Below, piece after piece: positions 10,201 to 21,800 of a stretch of DNA of 64,000 bases. The DNA lies in IMG/VR virus record IMGVR_UViG_3300028591_000169, positions 15,414 to 79,413 of that record; one strand, written 5' to 3'. The position numbers and the translations under genes are program-made. How positions within the stretch are numbered: position 1 is the first letter of the stretch; each line of letters opens with the position of its first letter. The notes under the pieces are model-generated. The model did no database searches and was not told the origin of the DNA. It saw only the letters and a program-made list of their open reading frames with translations. The stretch is from a virus (taxonomy: Duplodnaviria; Caudoviricetes).

Positions 10201-12168
10201 TTATTCAATATAATATTCGTCCTCATCATCATAATCATAGCCGGAAGTATCCATATTGTCTCCACCGGATTTAGCCGACCAACCCTCCTTGTATGGATTA
10301 GGAGACCAAGGCGTATTTGCGCTGTCAAACAAACCAAGAGCAAATGACCTGACCAATGCATTATAAACCGCACGGTCTACATTGTTCCCGTTTTTCACCA
10401 TCGGTCCGTAGTTTTGCATAAGGATGTCTGCGAAGTAACGAAGATCGATAGTGTCTCCATAGGTGGTCATTGATGCAATAAGATTATCTATCTTATTCTG
10501 TTCCTCCTGCGGAACGCCATCCGGGAGTGCGGAGTCAAACATGTGCTGGAGTTGCGCCGCATTAACATAGGCGGTTGTTCCATACAACACGGTCTTCGGA
10601 TCAAGATAAACCATTCTATCATTATACTTGCCGACATCCTGCGAATTATCAGAAGCGTCTCTCTGTACTACGATTTTCCCGGTTCTCGCATCAAAGCCAA
10701 TGAGAAGATTGTCGGATTCAAGAAGAGCCTTGAGTTCGCTTGCCTTTACAGCCGATCCGTCAGAATATTTCGCAACACTCTCGGCTACCTTGGCATTTCT
10801 CTTGCCTGACAATTCTCCTATATTCGGCTTGAAGACTGTACGCGCGATGTTCGAAGTGGCAGAAGGAAGTACACTAAACTGATAAATATGTTCATTGCTA
10901 ACGGACTTGTCAATATCACTCTTTAGTTGCGCAAGAACCGGGTCAAGATCGGTCTTTGTAATATAATTATCTTTCCCGCCGCTTAGCTCACCAAAGTACT
11001 TACTGTCAACCAAAACATCAAGCGCCTGGTCCACTGCGTCAACGAATGAGCCGTCTTCATTATAAAAACCACTCGTCTTCTTTAATTCATTCAGCGTATT
11101 TAATGCCTCATAGACCTTGTTTTTATCTTCGAACTCGTTGTATCCATTCTTGTCGGAAGGTCCTCTGAGAGAATTTCCGCGATGCCTGATAATGTTCGGA
11201 GCGTATACGGAATTGCCATTACCGGAACCACCCTTCGCGGCAGCTTTAACCCTTGCAACATCAAGATTGTGCTTATATCGCATGTCTTCGAGATCAATCT
11301 TCTGCTGCTGCGCCCAATCAAGATCCTGCAAGAATTGGACGTCGGATTTGCCAATTGCACTGGAAAGACCTTTCTTTCCATAATCAATAAGCCTATCGAA
11401 TTCGGACTTGTCGACCTTGCCAAACGCTCCGGTAGAATTAAGATTCGAAGAAAGGACACTGGCGAGAATAGAAGACGCTGGATCAAGTTTATCCAAAAGT
11501 CGCGTATCGCCATTATATGCAGCTCTGACAGCAAGCGTTGCCGCCTCAACCTGACCACTTGTAAATCCTTCTTTTTTCAGGATAGGAATATATCCCTTGA
11601 GCTGAGGATATTTGTCAAGAATCTCTGGATTGTTAAGCATCTCATCCATTCTGGCCTTTGCATCTGCGGCAACCTCGCCGGCAAATGCAGTTCCACTATA
11701 TGAATAATAATCCCTGCCAAACCTATCGTTCGCAAGAAACTTGTCGAGGGCTGCGGTTCCAGGGTCTTCTGCCATAACCATATCAGGATGCTCGTGCTTT
11801 GTCTTCCAATATTCATTGCTCAAATCCTGACGGGCCTTGATAGCGGTTCCAAGTCTTGTTATATCACTGGCGTATCCGGCCCTGGCCAATGCAAGGTCGC
11901 GCCTTGTTCCGGCATTGTATCCGCGCTCCCATAAATTATTCTGAAGGTTAGTGAGCTTCTCGGTATAAGAATCATACATTCTCCTCGCTTCAGAATCATC
12001 TGGCTCTCGCATGATATATTGGCGAAGAGCCTCGGTCTCTGCAACTAAAGTATCATAAGAGTCCTGTGCTGCATTATGAGCCTCAACGGTCTGCATAATG
12101 GGCTTAGCCAACTCATCATATGTATACGGCTGAAAATAAGAGCCGCTTGTAACTAAAAACTTAGGCAT
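10201..12168 (-). CDS. Virion cargo protein, 655 aa
   Basis: Long ORF with a crAss-type N-terminus (SYFQPYTYDELAKP), positioned in the cargo block. Confidence 0.65.
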   Translation of the reverse strand: MPKFLVTSGSYFQPYTYDELAKPIMQTVEAHNAAQDSYDTLVAETEALRQYIMREPDDSEARRMYDSYTEKLTNLQNNLWERGYNAGTRRDLALARAGYASDITRLGTAIKARQDLSNEYWKTKHEHPDMVMAEDPGTAALDKFLANDRFGRDYYSYSGTAFAGEVAADAKARMDEMLNNPEILDKYPQLKGYIPILKKEGFTSGQVEAATLAVRAAYNGDTRLLDKLDPASSILASVLSSNLNSTGAFGKVDKSEFDRLIDYGKKGLSSAIGKSDVQFLQDLDWAQQQKIDLEDMRYKHNLDVARVKAAAKGGSGNGNSVYAPNIIRHRGNSLRGPSDKNGYNEFEDKNKVYEALNTLNELKKTSGFYNEDGSFVDAVDQALDVLVDSKYFGELSGGKDNYITKTDLDPVLAQLKSDIDKSVSNEHIYQFSVLPSATSNIARTVFKPNIGELSGKRNAKVAESVAKYSDGSAVKASELKALLESDNLLIGFDARTGKIVVQRDASDNSQDVGKYNDRMVYLDPKTVLYGTTAYVNAAQLQHMFDSALPDGVPQEEQNKIDNLIASMTTYGDTIDLRYFADILMQNYGPMVKNGNNVDRAVYNALVRSFALGLFDSANTPWSPNPYKEGWSAKSGGDNMDTSGYDYDDEDEYYIE

Positions 12169-12173
12169 ATCTT

Positions 12174-15017
12174 TTAGTTATTTTTCTTCTTGAACGGGAC
12201 TAACGGTCTGAAAGTGAGATCCAACCCTTTATTATATCCCATGAAAGGATCGCTGCTATACTTAGGGACAGAACCAACATTAAATGCAGGAACAGGTTTT
12301 AATGCAGTTGCGGTGGTTACTTTGGCTTCGGTATTTTTTTCTGGAATCGTGGATATCGCCTCCATTCTACCAGTTAATGGATTATAAAATATACCGCCAT
12401 TAACACCCGTTCTATAACCAAGGAATGCCGGATTCGTATTAATCTGGTTCATGGCAAAATTCTCTTGCCCTATTCCAGAAAGAGCCTGTAGACCATTGCT
12501 GATCTGATTACTGATAGAATTATATTTATCTCCCTCTGCTTCATAATTAAGCCTTTGAACCATCAGGTCGTTTTGTGTGTTCCGAACCGCAGCGTCATTA
12601 AGTGCTTGCTTTCTTGCGGCATCAACCGTGTAATCAAACTGAGCCCGTTGCGCTTCCGCCTGATTATTAGCAGCCGTTACAGCATTCCGTCTCTGATTAT
12701 TCGCCTCCCACGCCTGGATGAACCCAGTGCCAAGATTACCAGTAGTATTGTTATCAGCAGCAAGGATTGCAGCAGCAGAAGACGGACCAAGACCAGAATT
12801 ACGCAAAGCACGATTGGTAGCATTGCCCTGTGCGATCTGGGCATTAGCTATCATATTCTGATCAATGGGGTTATATACCTGATTCTGAAGATTAATCCTT
12901 CCTTCAGGCAACTGCGGGTTGATGTGCGGGACCGTATATCTATCGGGCTGCTGAAATACATTGTACAAACCAAGCAGGCCAGAGCCGATAGCCCCGGCAT
13001 AACGAGGCCGGGTAGGAAGAAGATTGTTGGGATCAGAAGTCGACTTGTCATCTTCTGCTGCGGAAGATGTAATATCAGAAATCGGATGAGGAGTTATTTT
13101 TAATCCATCAGGACGAGTATTTATTACCTGATTAGGAAAATTATAGCCAGCAGGACCATCCGCATATACATAAGACGGAGCGAGCACTTCCGAAGAATGG
13201 TTCTCATCATTTATCACAAATGCATTATGAATCCCATCTTGATTGCTTGTCGCAACACCACTGACAGACGGAGATGATGGCGCATCTGCAAAAACATAAG
13301 ATGGTTCCAGGATAGTGTTCGAACGAAGAATACCGGAACCGATAGCGCCATTACCAATAGTAAAAACAGGAGGCACAACATCGGATGTTCCAAGCGTCAT
13401 CGGGAAATTACGAAGAACCCCATAGCTAAAAGGAGATTTATATCCTCCTGGCCAAAAAAGATTTCCGCCATTAGCGAGAATTCTATGTTTTGCATTATCG
13501 TGCTTTTCCTCCTCAACAGCATGCACACCATATCCGATACCGCTACCAACAATAGGCATCTTATACTGCCACTCGCCATGATTCCACCATTTATTCTTGG
13601 CGCTCTTGGCTTTCTCGAGTTCTTTTGCAGCAACTTCTGCCGCTGCTTTAACCTCATCGGTGGCACCCTCTGCCGCAGCCAACGCGGACTTCTCCTTATA
13701 AATCTTCTCAAGTCCGGCTATCTCTTCCTCAAGAGCGGCCCGGTTATACATCGGTCCACCGGTAAATGCACCAATGGTCTTATTAGCTGCCTCAACTTGA
13801 GCACGAGTTGTCTTCGCTGATGCTTTCAGTGCGTCGACATCCGCCCTTGCTGATCTCGCCTCAAGTTCTGCAAGCGTTTGCTGGAGTGCTTTGTTATTAG
13901 GATCTGCGGCAAGATTAGCTCTTGCAATCTTTACTTCATCTGCAATAGCATTCGCGGTATTTCTAGCTGCGCTTGAGGCGGCTTTCGCTTCATCTACGAC
14001 GGCGCGTGCCTCCTGAAGCATTGTCTTTCTACCAGAAGCCTCAACGAGTTTACCGGGTGCATTCTTAATCGCATTACCTATCTTTTTCAAGCCACGCCAT
14101 ACACTTCTTCCAATCGGGCCAGTGACTCTACCAGCCTGTCGCATGAGCGGAGAACCAAATGCCTGAGTCGCATCTTCCGGAATTAAGAAACTGGCAACTT
14201 TCCCAACAGTTGAATTATCCCACCATTCCTGTGCATCATCAATAGCCCGTACAACTTTATTGTCAGAACCAAGAGCCATTTCAAGAAGCGAAGGGACCTC
14301 TGGTGCCACATAATTGTCGCCATAATTCAGGTTGTCAAAAGAAAAAACCTCTCGTCCACCGCCGCCTACAGAAGAACCTTGCGGTTTAACACCCGGATCT
14401 CCGGGGACAACTCGACCTGGAGTGCCATCACCAAATACGCGAAGAAATCCACCATTAGCCATCATTGGCATTCCTTCTGTCGGAATAGATTCAGCAGGCC
14501 CCATCATCTGTTCAGGAGAAGCTTCCATCGGTGCCTGTTCCGGAGCAATCTGTTCCTGTTCTCCCTGAGCAAGCATCGCTTCCAACTGGTCAAGTTCTTC
14601 CGGTGAAAGCTGAGCCAGCTCATCTTCCAAGTCTCTCTGTTCCTTCGCTTGCTTCTGACTTTCCTGAGCATCTGCAAGTCTACCAAGAAGAGCTTCAAGA
14701 CCGTTACGAGAAATCGGATCAAGCGGTCTCTCCTCTGCCTCTGAGAACAAATCATCGGCTATCTTGGAATACAGCTTTCCTGTATACTTCTTCGGAAGAT
14801 TGTTGTCTACAAGAAACTGTTCCTCGGCTTCAATGTTATCGGAGTAAACATAGTCCTTGTACACCGGTTCACCTTCTTCAAGGAGATTCGGATTGCCTTC
14901 AGGGTCAACTCCAATCTGAACGCCACCGTTGGGGTTCTCCTCGTGGGAACCGCCCTCGTTGACTCTCAGATAATCTTTCGGCGCAAAATATCCGCCATGG
15001 GTATCAAACTTCGACAT
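12174..15017 (-). CDS. Virion cargo protein, 947 aa, modular, with repeated xxGG motifs
   Basis: N-terminus (NEGGSHEENPNGGVQIG...NLLEEGE) is typical of crAss cargo proteins. Contains an acidic linker, ANGG motifs at 14448 and 13464, an Ala-rich helix and hydrophobic segments. Confidence 0.7.
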   Translation of the reverse strand: MSKFDTHGGYFAPKDYLRVNEGGSHEENPNGGVQIGVDPEGNPNLLEEGEPVYKDYVYSDNIEAEEQFLVDNNLPKKYTGKLYSKIADDLFSEAEERPLDPISRNGLEALLGRLADAQESQKQAKEQRDLEDELAQLSPEELDQLEAMLAQGEQEQIAPEQAPMEASPEQMMGPAESIPTEGMPMMANGGFLRVFGDGTPGRVVPGDPGVKPQGSSVGGGGREVFSFDNLNYGDNYVAPEVPSLLEMALGSDNKVVRAIDDAQEWWDNSTVGKVASFLIPEDATQAFGSPLMRQAGRVTGPIGRSVWRGLKKIGNAIKNAPGKLVEASGRKTMLQEARAVVDEAKAASSAARNTANAIADEVKIARANLAADPNNKALQQTLAELEARSARADVDALKASAKTTRAQVEAANKTIGAFTGGPMYNRAALEEEIAGLEKIYKEKSALAAAEGATDEVKAAAEVAAKELEKAKSAKNKWWNHGEWQYKMPIVGSGIGYGVHAVEEEKHDNAKHRILANGGNLFWPGGYKSPFSYGVLRNFPMTLGTSDVVPPVFTIGNGAIGSGILRSNTILEPSYVFADAPSSPSVSGVATSNQDGIHNAFVINDENHSSEVLAPSYVYADGPAGYNFPNQVINTRPDGLKITPHPISDITSSAAEDDKSTSDPNNLLPTRPRYAGAIGSGLLGLYNVFQQPDRYTVPHINPQLPEGRINLQNQVYNPIDQNMIANAQIAQGNATNRALRNSGLGPSSAAAILAADNNTTGNLGTGFIQAWEANNQRRNAVTAANNQAEAQRAQFDYTVDAARKQALNDAAVRNTQNDLMVQRLNYEAEGDKYNSISNQISNGLQALSGIGQENFAMNQINTNPAFLGYRTGVNGGIFYNPLTGRMEAISTIPEKNTEAKVTTATALKPVPAFNVGSVPKYSSDPFMGYNKGLDLTFRPLVPFKKKNN

Positions 15018-15020
15018 ATC

Positions 15021-15851
15021 TTATTTAACTTTTACTCGATAAACACATCCACCATTTGTCATTATTCGCTGGACATTGGAAGGTTTCCTTTCTCTCTGAA
15101 CCGCTTTCTGTCCAAGAACCTTGTCAGCATATTCCTTGATGCTCTGCTGTCTTCTGATCGGACCGCCATTGGCAACGGCATTGACCGCATTCTGCCTATG
15201 GATGTTGTCTCCAATCCGCTCGTGAGCTGCTGCAAAGTTCTGCCGTGAAGCGTCAGCAGCAAAGTCGGAATCAATCTGCAATGTCTCCTGCCTTGTCTTT
15301 GCTGCGGAGTTTCCAGTAAGAACTCCGCCAAGACCAGTACCGAGACCGATAACACCTCCAGCCAACGCACCCCAAGGTCCACCAATTTGCAATCCGGTCA
15401 TTGCCCCGGACAGCGTTGAAGTCGCAACAGAACCTACCTGCTGACCAGTAGTCATTCCGCGGATATCCTGATAATTGAACTGCGGATTGAAATTGGTCTG
15501 AGCATAGTCATTCGCAAGCTGATCATAGTTGTTATAATTGATATTACCGGCATTACGGAGATCAGCAATCTGATTCTCCTGCATCGTGGTGTCACGAATC
15601 TGAGCATCTTTGAATGCATTTGACAGAAGAGTTGTTGCGCCAGTAAGACCAGCAACAATGCCACCGGCAACAGCCTGGCCTTGCTGTGCGCGAAGGGCAG
15701 AATCCTCGGCATTATACTGATCTTCACGCCCATACCAAGAATCATTATCATTGGCTGCGTAAGCCTCAGCTAATTGCGCTCGCCTTCTTGCCGCGTCTTG
15801 ATACGACCCGACAAAAGACTGATTGTACATATTATCCCACCAAGTTGCCAT
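15021..15851 (-). CDS. Virion cargo/ejection protein with a glycine-zipper transmembrane hairpin, 276 aa
   Basis: Contains LSGAMTGLQIGGPWGALAGGVIGLGTGLGGVLTG and GGIVAGLTGATTLL. Immediately follows the muzzle gene, the usual position of a membrane-active ejection protein. Confidence 0.65.
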   Translation of the reverse strand: MATWWDNMYNQSFVGSYQDAARRRAQLAEAYAANDNDSWYGREDQYNAEDSALRAQQGQAVAGGIVAGLTGATTLLSNAFKDAQIRDTTMQENQIADLRNAGNINYNNYDQLANDYAQTNFNPQFNYQDIRGMTTGQQVGSVATSTLSGAMTGLQIGGPWGALAGGVIGLGTGLGGVLTGNSAAKTRQETLQIDSDFAADASRQNFAAAHERIGDNIHRQNAVNAVANGGPIRRQQSIKEYADKVLGQKAVQRERKPSNVQRIMTNGGCVYRVKVK

Positions 15852-18800
15852 TATTCAAAATATTTAACAACTATATCATGTAACTGCATCAGGTACTTAC
15901 CGTCAACATCGTTCTTGCGGAAAAGCAGGTTAATCCAAGGATTACGAATTCGGTCCATACCATGCTTGTTCGTTCCTTCCTTCAGAGCTCTCGGGATAAC
16001 CAGTCTCCAGATGCGGAACTTCTTACGGACATCATCACGATTAAACTGTTCGTGAGCAAACAGCGTAAAGCCGGTATCCTGATATTCATCCCAGACCTTG
16101 AAGTCCGTGAATGTCTCCCACTCCTTATAGGTGTCATCGATGTCTCCATTGATGAGTTCAGTTTCGGAAACAATGGGCTCGGCATTGTCGTCAAGCACTT
16201 CGAAGAAGTCTGCCCTGTAATCAATGTTCGTCCAAATCTTGTCACCGAACGGATCAGGAGTGACGCGATACTGTGTCCAGTAATCGTACTGCTTCCCGAA
16301 GAAGTTACAATATAAGCCCTCGTTCTGAAGCCAGAGTTTATTGTCCCGGAACGACACGAGTCGGTCTTCGACATTCGTGATCATCGGGACCTCCCGATAA
16401 TCGAAGAAACTGGTGAATGCACCGAGCGTTTCATTGTAAACGAGACAAGGCTTATCGTCATTCTTGCGGACAAGATAGATATCCGAGTGAACCTTATCGT
16501 AATACGATACAATATTATTGAATTTGCTCGGAGCCCAAGGCTCAATATTGTTTATCTCGCGGAACCAAGCACCGAATCCGAGACGCGTGGACAGATTGTC
16601 AATGGCCTGACCATTGAATGAGCAGAATGCCTTGTTGATATTATCAACGAAATACAATGCATTCTTGCCTTCGATGATAGACCACTTGTTCACGCAGCCG
16701 TACTTGTTCGTGATATAACGTTTGCCGTCAACCTTGCCAGAGTTCGCAATCTCAACAGGAACTCCATCCTGCGTGGAAAGCTGGGTTCTGGAGTTGAACA
16801 GAATCTCGGATATGCCGCGATCCTGGAAAGCGATTATACTATTGCCCATTCTGCGAAGGGCTCTGCAAATACCTTTGTCGCCATCAAGCTTCAGCGTGCT
16901 TGCAAGTGTAACATGAGACCATTCGTCAATGTCTTCAGAGTCGTGCTTTTCAAGCGACCATGTAATGGAAGAGCGATAAGAATCGAGATTGAAATCAGAA
17001 TCCAGATCCCGCTGCACAATGAAATTATTGTGCTGGGAATAGACCGGATTAATCTGCCCGAACTTCTCGGCATCAATGGACGCCAAATGACTCACGCCAC
17101 GCTGCAAGTCAGTTCTTCCGTCAATGTTCACATGTGTCTCGATCATAACAGATGTGATGTCGACGACATTGTTAACAGCACCGGTAGAATACGGCTTTGT
17201 TTTCAGACAGTCCCATCTCTGGAAATAAGTATCACCCTGGTTTCCAATCAAGATATCGCTGATGCCGTCGGCGGTCATATCGGATACAAGATGTTGAGGA
17301 CCGGCTATGATAAAGCGATTGTTCTGAACAGCAGACTCCGTCGTCCCTCCGTATCTGGTGTCATCATCGAACGGGTAATATATTTCCCCGATGTACAGAT
17401 AACTATCGTCTTCACCAATCGTTCTCGCCGTATTCGTGATAGGATTACCAGAAAGCGCAAATGTCCCCTGGTTAACGGAATAATCCTTGAAAGGATAAAA
17501 CGCATCTTCGCTCTTCTTCGCCCAAGGAAGAACACAGCCAGTAATATCAGAAGTACGAGTAGGCAGTATTACGGATTCATTCACATGACTTGAAAAACGG
17601 GGCAAGATTGTCTGGACATATCCATTCAGAATATTCGTCGGAAGGCTCATGACAAGATGCGGACTTGACGAATAAGTTATCTGAACAGGGATGTCGGAGA
17701 ACATCGTATTCTCCTGATTATCATCAACAATGATAAAATCCTGATCATCAGCGGTAGCGAATGAACCAGAAGAATAAAGTATCGGATAACGAAGCTTGGA
17801 CGGCATCGAAAGCGATTCGTTCACAACGCCGTCATAATATCTCGTCTCACCACCGACCTTAAGACCAACATACTGGCTTGAAGTATAATTGAAAAGCCTA
17901 ACGGACTCCAGGTCATAAGTATTGTTCGTCACATTGAGGTTATTATACCATGTGACATTAGAATACTTTAAGTTGGCAAATGTCTTGGAATGAAGCTCAG
18001 AATATGTCTCATCAACCTGAGTGAAACTTCCATCCTGATTCTGATCATTGGAAACAAATGTCGTAATGCTTCCCGGATGGTGCCACATGTGCAACCAATA
18101 ACGACGAATGCTTCCATCGCGGATATAATCAATAGAATCCCAAAGCCGCCTGTTCTTTGTAGAATGATGGAACTCGGGAGCATCATCGGATTCATTTCGC
18201 TCGGTAATACCATATTCCCTCCACAGTGGCCAAGAAAGAATTCCGTTCGGAACACCGAATTTCTGATTAACAAGGTTTTCGCCAACCAATTTACCGGGAG
18301 AAGCATCAACGGTGTAATCAGATATTACGCTAGATATTTTAGCCACGCCAACTATACGAAGCTTGTACTTATCGGCGTTATCAAGAAGCATCGCCTCATG
18401 GTCAAATTCGGGCGAGTTAAGCGTGATTGTATTCTCGTCGATGAACATCAAATGCTTCTTATAATATGAAGGAGCATAATCCGGCGAAGAAGAAACATCA
18501 ACATCTGACACAGAGTACCATCTATCAGTCTGTCCGCGCCTGATATTAAGAGCAGCCCTAGAATCAGTATTAGCGACAAGACCGGTATTATATTGGAAAA
18601 AATAGTCAGTTTCCATATTGTCGTGCGTTGCAACGCACCACTGATAGAAAAGACCATCTTGATCAAGCGGAACTATATACTGAGATGGAATAGAATATTC
18701 AAGCAACTTGGAAGCTATACAATTATGGAGATGATTCTTTGTATCATTTCCACGATATTTCCCATAATCGCAAGTTGTCGTATAAATTGTAATTGCGAAA

Positions 18801-21800
18801 TTGCCGGAAGGAACAGTATATGTTCTCGATATGTCCTTTTGAATTCCAAGAGGAGACCATCGCAAAATTTCAGAAGCAAGTTCCTGTAACGCAAGTACGA
18901 ATTGCTGCGAATAAAAATCGTAATTGTTTAATTCACTAATCGCCTCAGGGGTAAAGGAGATTAATTTTGCAGTAACAAGAATAAAACTCCCATAATTTTG
19001 GTATACCGCACCTCGCGTTGCGATCTTATACAGTATAACGAAATAATCGAAATCAAGCCCGCTGTCAAAAACTTCGTCATACGAAGAATTGTCAGAGCCA
19101 TAATTTTTTATACGATAATATGGATTCGGATCTTCATCGGTAGTCCAGTAGTTACACTGGATCTCACCGGTAGACACGGTAGACTTGTTGATCGGCTGGA
19201 AATGCTTCCACGCATAATCAGACTGCCTAGGACGGCTTATCCAAGAAGACGAGGAGTAAGTGCGATTCTTAAATCTGTCCCAAACATTGAAAACCGTAGG
19301 GTTAATGATGCCCTGAGCCTTTACGGATCTGTCGGCATTCGTGGCCTCAGCAATCATAAGATTTGCCGTAGTAAAGCCAATTTCTTTAATGAAAGAAACC
19401 AGCTGTGCCGGGAGCGAACACTCGACAACCACACGATGAATCTTGTTCCCATCTATGACAGGATACTTATCGTTTACCTTGTCGCCAATCCAGAAGGCTT
19501 CGGTCATCGTTCCGTCGCCACGCCTGAAGCTTAAACCAAAACGATATTTTTCACCGCCCTTGAATGTTGTAATCTTGGACGATGAATCTACCAGCTGGCT
19601 ATTGTAGACATAGTTTTCTCCGGAATCATATGGAATGTCTGGCTTATTAGTGCTACCGTCGGAATACACGAATCGGATACAATCATTCGCAAATCCCTTC
19701 TCGACATCGGCGAACATCGTCGCCTTTATGATTGTCTCAAGATCGTTGTAATATTCTTTTCCTACAGACTGAATATCGCCAAGGAACAACGTCTGATCCT
19801 TGTGCGTAAGTGTAGAAGCTCTTACAAACTGGCTTCCAAGATAAAGAAGACGCGAAGAATCTATAGACACAAGATGAGAATTGTCATCAATGACAATAAC
19901 CTCGCCCACATTCGTTGTCCCATCAAATACGATATACGATACAGTCTTCCCGTCAAGCGCACTACGGAACACGGAATAAATTCTGAAGTGATCGAACCTT
20001 GTGTCAAGATTGGAAAGACGAAGCGTAACAGCATTCATGTTCGTACCGTCAGCAGAACCACCGGTATTAACAGGAGACAGGTAAATCAAATCGGAAATCC
20101 AAACGTATCCGGACTCCTGACCATGCTTGTTATAATAGGTCATGAGATACTGGACAACGCCATTCGCTCTTGTATTTCCGGAATTGCTCTTCGATACATC
20201 TACCTCAACGCCAAAATTGACGCTTCTATTTGAATCGAAGTAAGTACCATCTGCCCACCTTACTCTTTCTTCAGATCCTGATTCAGCCATGAAATTCATG
20301 AAACGAAGCGGATGAATGCCGTCCACCCAGTATATCTTCTGGATGTCTTCAGTCTCGTAATAGACAACGGACTCAATAGGATGGTCAAGAGAGAACCCGA
20401 GATTCCCGGAGAAGAGCATGTCCGCCTTGAAGGAATCGCCATCGTAATCTATCCTGTAGATATAATCGACAGATTCTTTCTCTTCCGTATCTTGATCGAT
20501 ATCAGAACCGCTGTTCACGACAGTAACGGTGCATCTGGCATTAACGGTAGGATTATCCTTCGCACGAACCGTTATGACAGCGACACCAACCGCAAGCGCC
20601 TGAATGTGTCCGTCTTCTCCGACAGATACAATGCTCGTATCAGACGAGGACCACAAGGACATCTCGGCGGCGATAGTCCGATGGCCATCCTCGTAAGTGA
20701 CGGTGGCAACAAGATTGCGGGAGGTTCCGACCTGCATTCTTACATTGCTGCTGGACAGACTTATCGACCTGACATTCAATTCAGGATGATTCGGGTTCGT
20801 GGACGGGATATCCGACTCGTCGTCAAACACGGCAACGGTTACAACATCCTTAATGACACCACCGTCAACCGACGCGGTAATGGTAGTGTACCCGGCGCTG
20901 ATACCGGTGACATTACCATTCGCATCGACAATCGCTATAGACGAGTCCTGACTTGTCCAAGTCACGGTCTTATCAGTAGCATTACTCGGAGTGATACTTG
21001 CCGTCAGTTTTGCGGAAGTATTCTTTACGAGGTTAAGGCTCTTCGGAGAAACAGAAAGATTAGTCACCTGGATGTAACCCCCGACAGAAACCTGACAGGT
21101 GTCTGTATATCCACCGTCTACCGTAGTTACTGTGACGAGCGCATTACCCTTGCCAACACCGACAACATTGCCATTCTGGTCAACGGTAACGATATCAGAA
21201 TTCGAACTCGACCAAGATACATCCTGAATATATGCGCCGTTCGGATAAATGGTGTAACCAAGATGCGCCTTGGCTCCGACGCCAAGACTGAGCGTATTCC
21301 TGTCAAGCTTGATTCCGGTAACAGCCTTATTGATGGGCACGAGATAATCCGTCGGGTCTTCAACGACGTGAACGGTCAGAAGTCTCGTTACGTTCGGAAA
21401 TTCCTCACAATAGACATTGTAGTATATGACGCCGTCAGGAACATCAGCATTAGCACGGATGTATATACGATACTTTCCGTTCTCGGTTGTATCGCTGAAA
21501 ACGGAGACATTCGCGGTAGTGGTTCCATCAAGTCTCTGAACTTTGATGCGCCCGCCAACATCGCCATTGGAATTCTTTCCGAAAGCAAGAACGACTCCAT
21601 CCGCTCCGCCCTTCTGGACAACCTTGACGTTCTCGGATAATTCTATCTCGACAACATCAGTAGGCTCGGGATTGACAGGAGAAATATATTTCTCGTAGTA
21701 ACCGCCAAGGACCTCGACCCAGACCGGATAATAGATATACGGATTGGACTTGAGGTAAAAGGTAACCGGGACGATGCCGTAATCATAGCCGCGGGCTATA

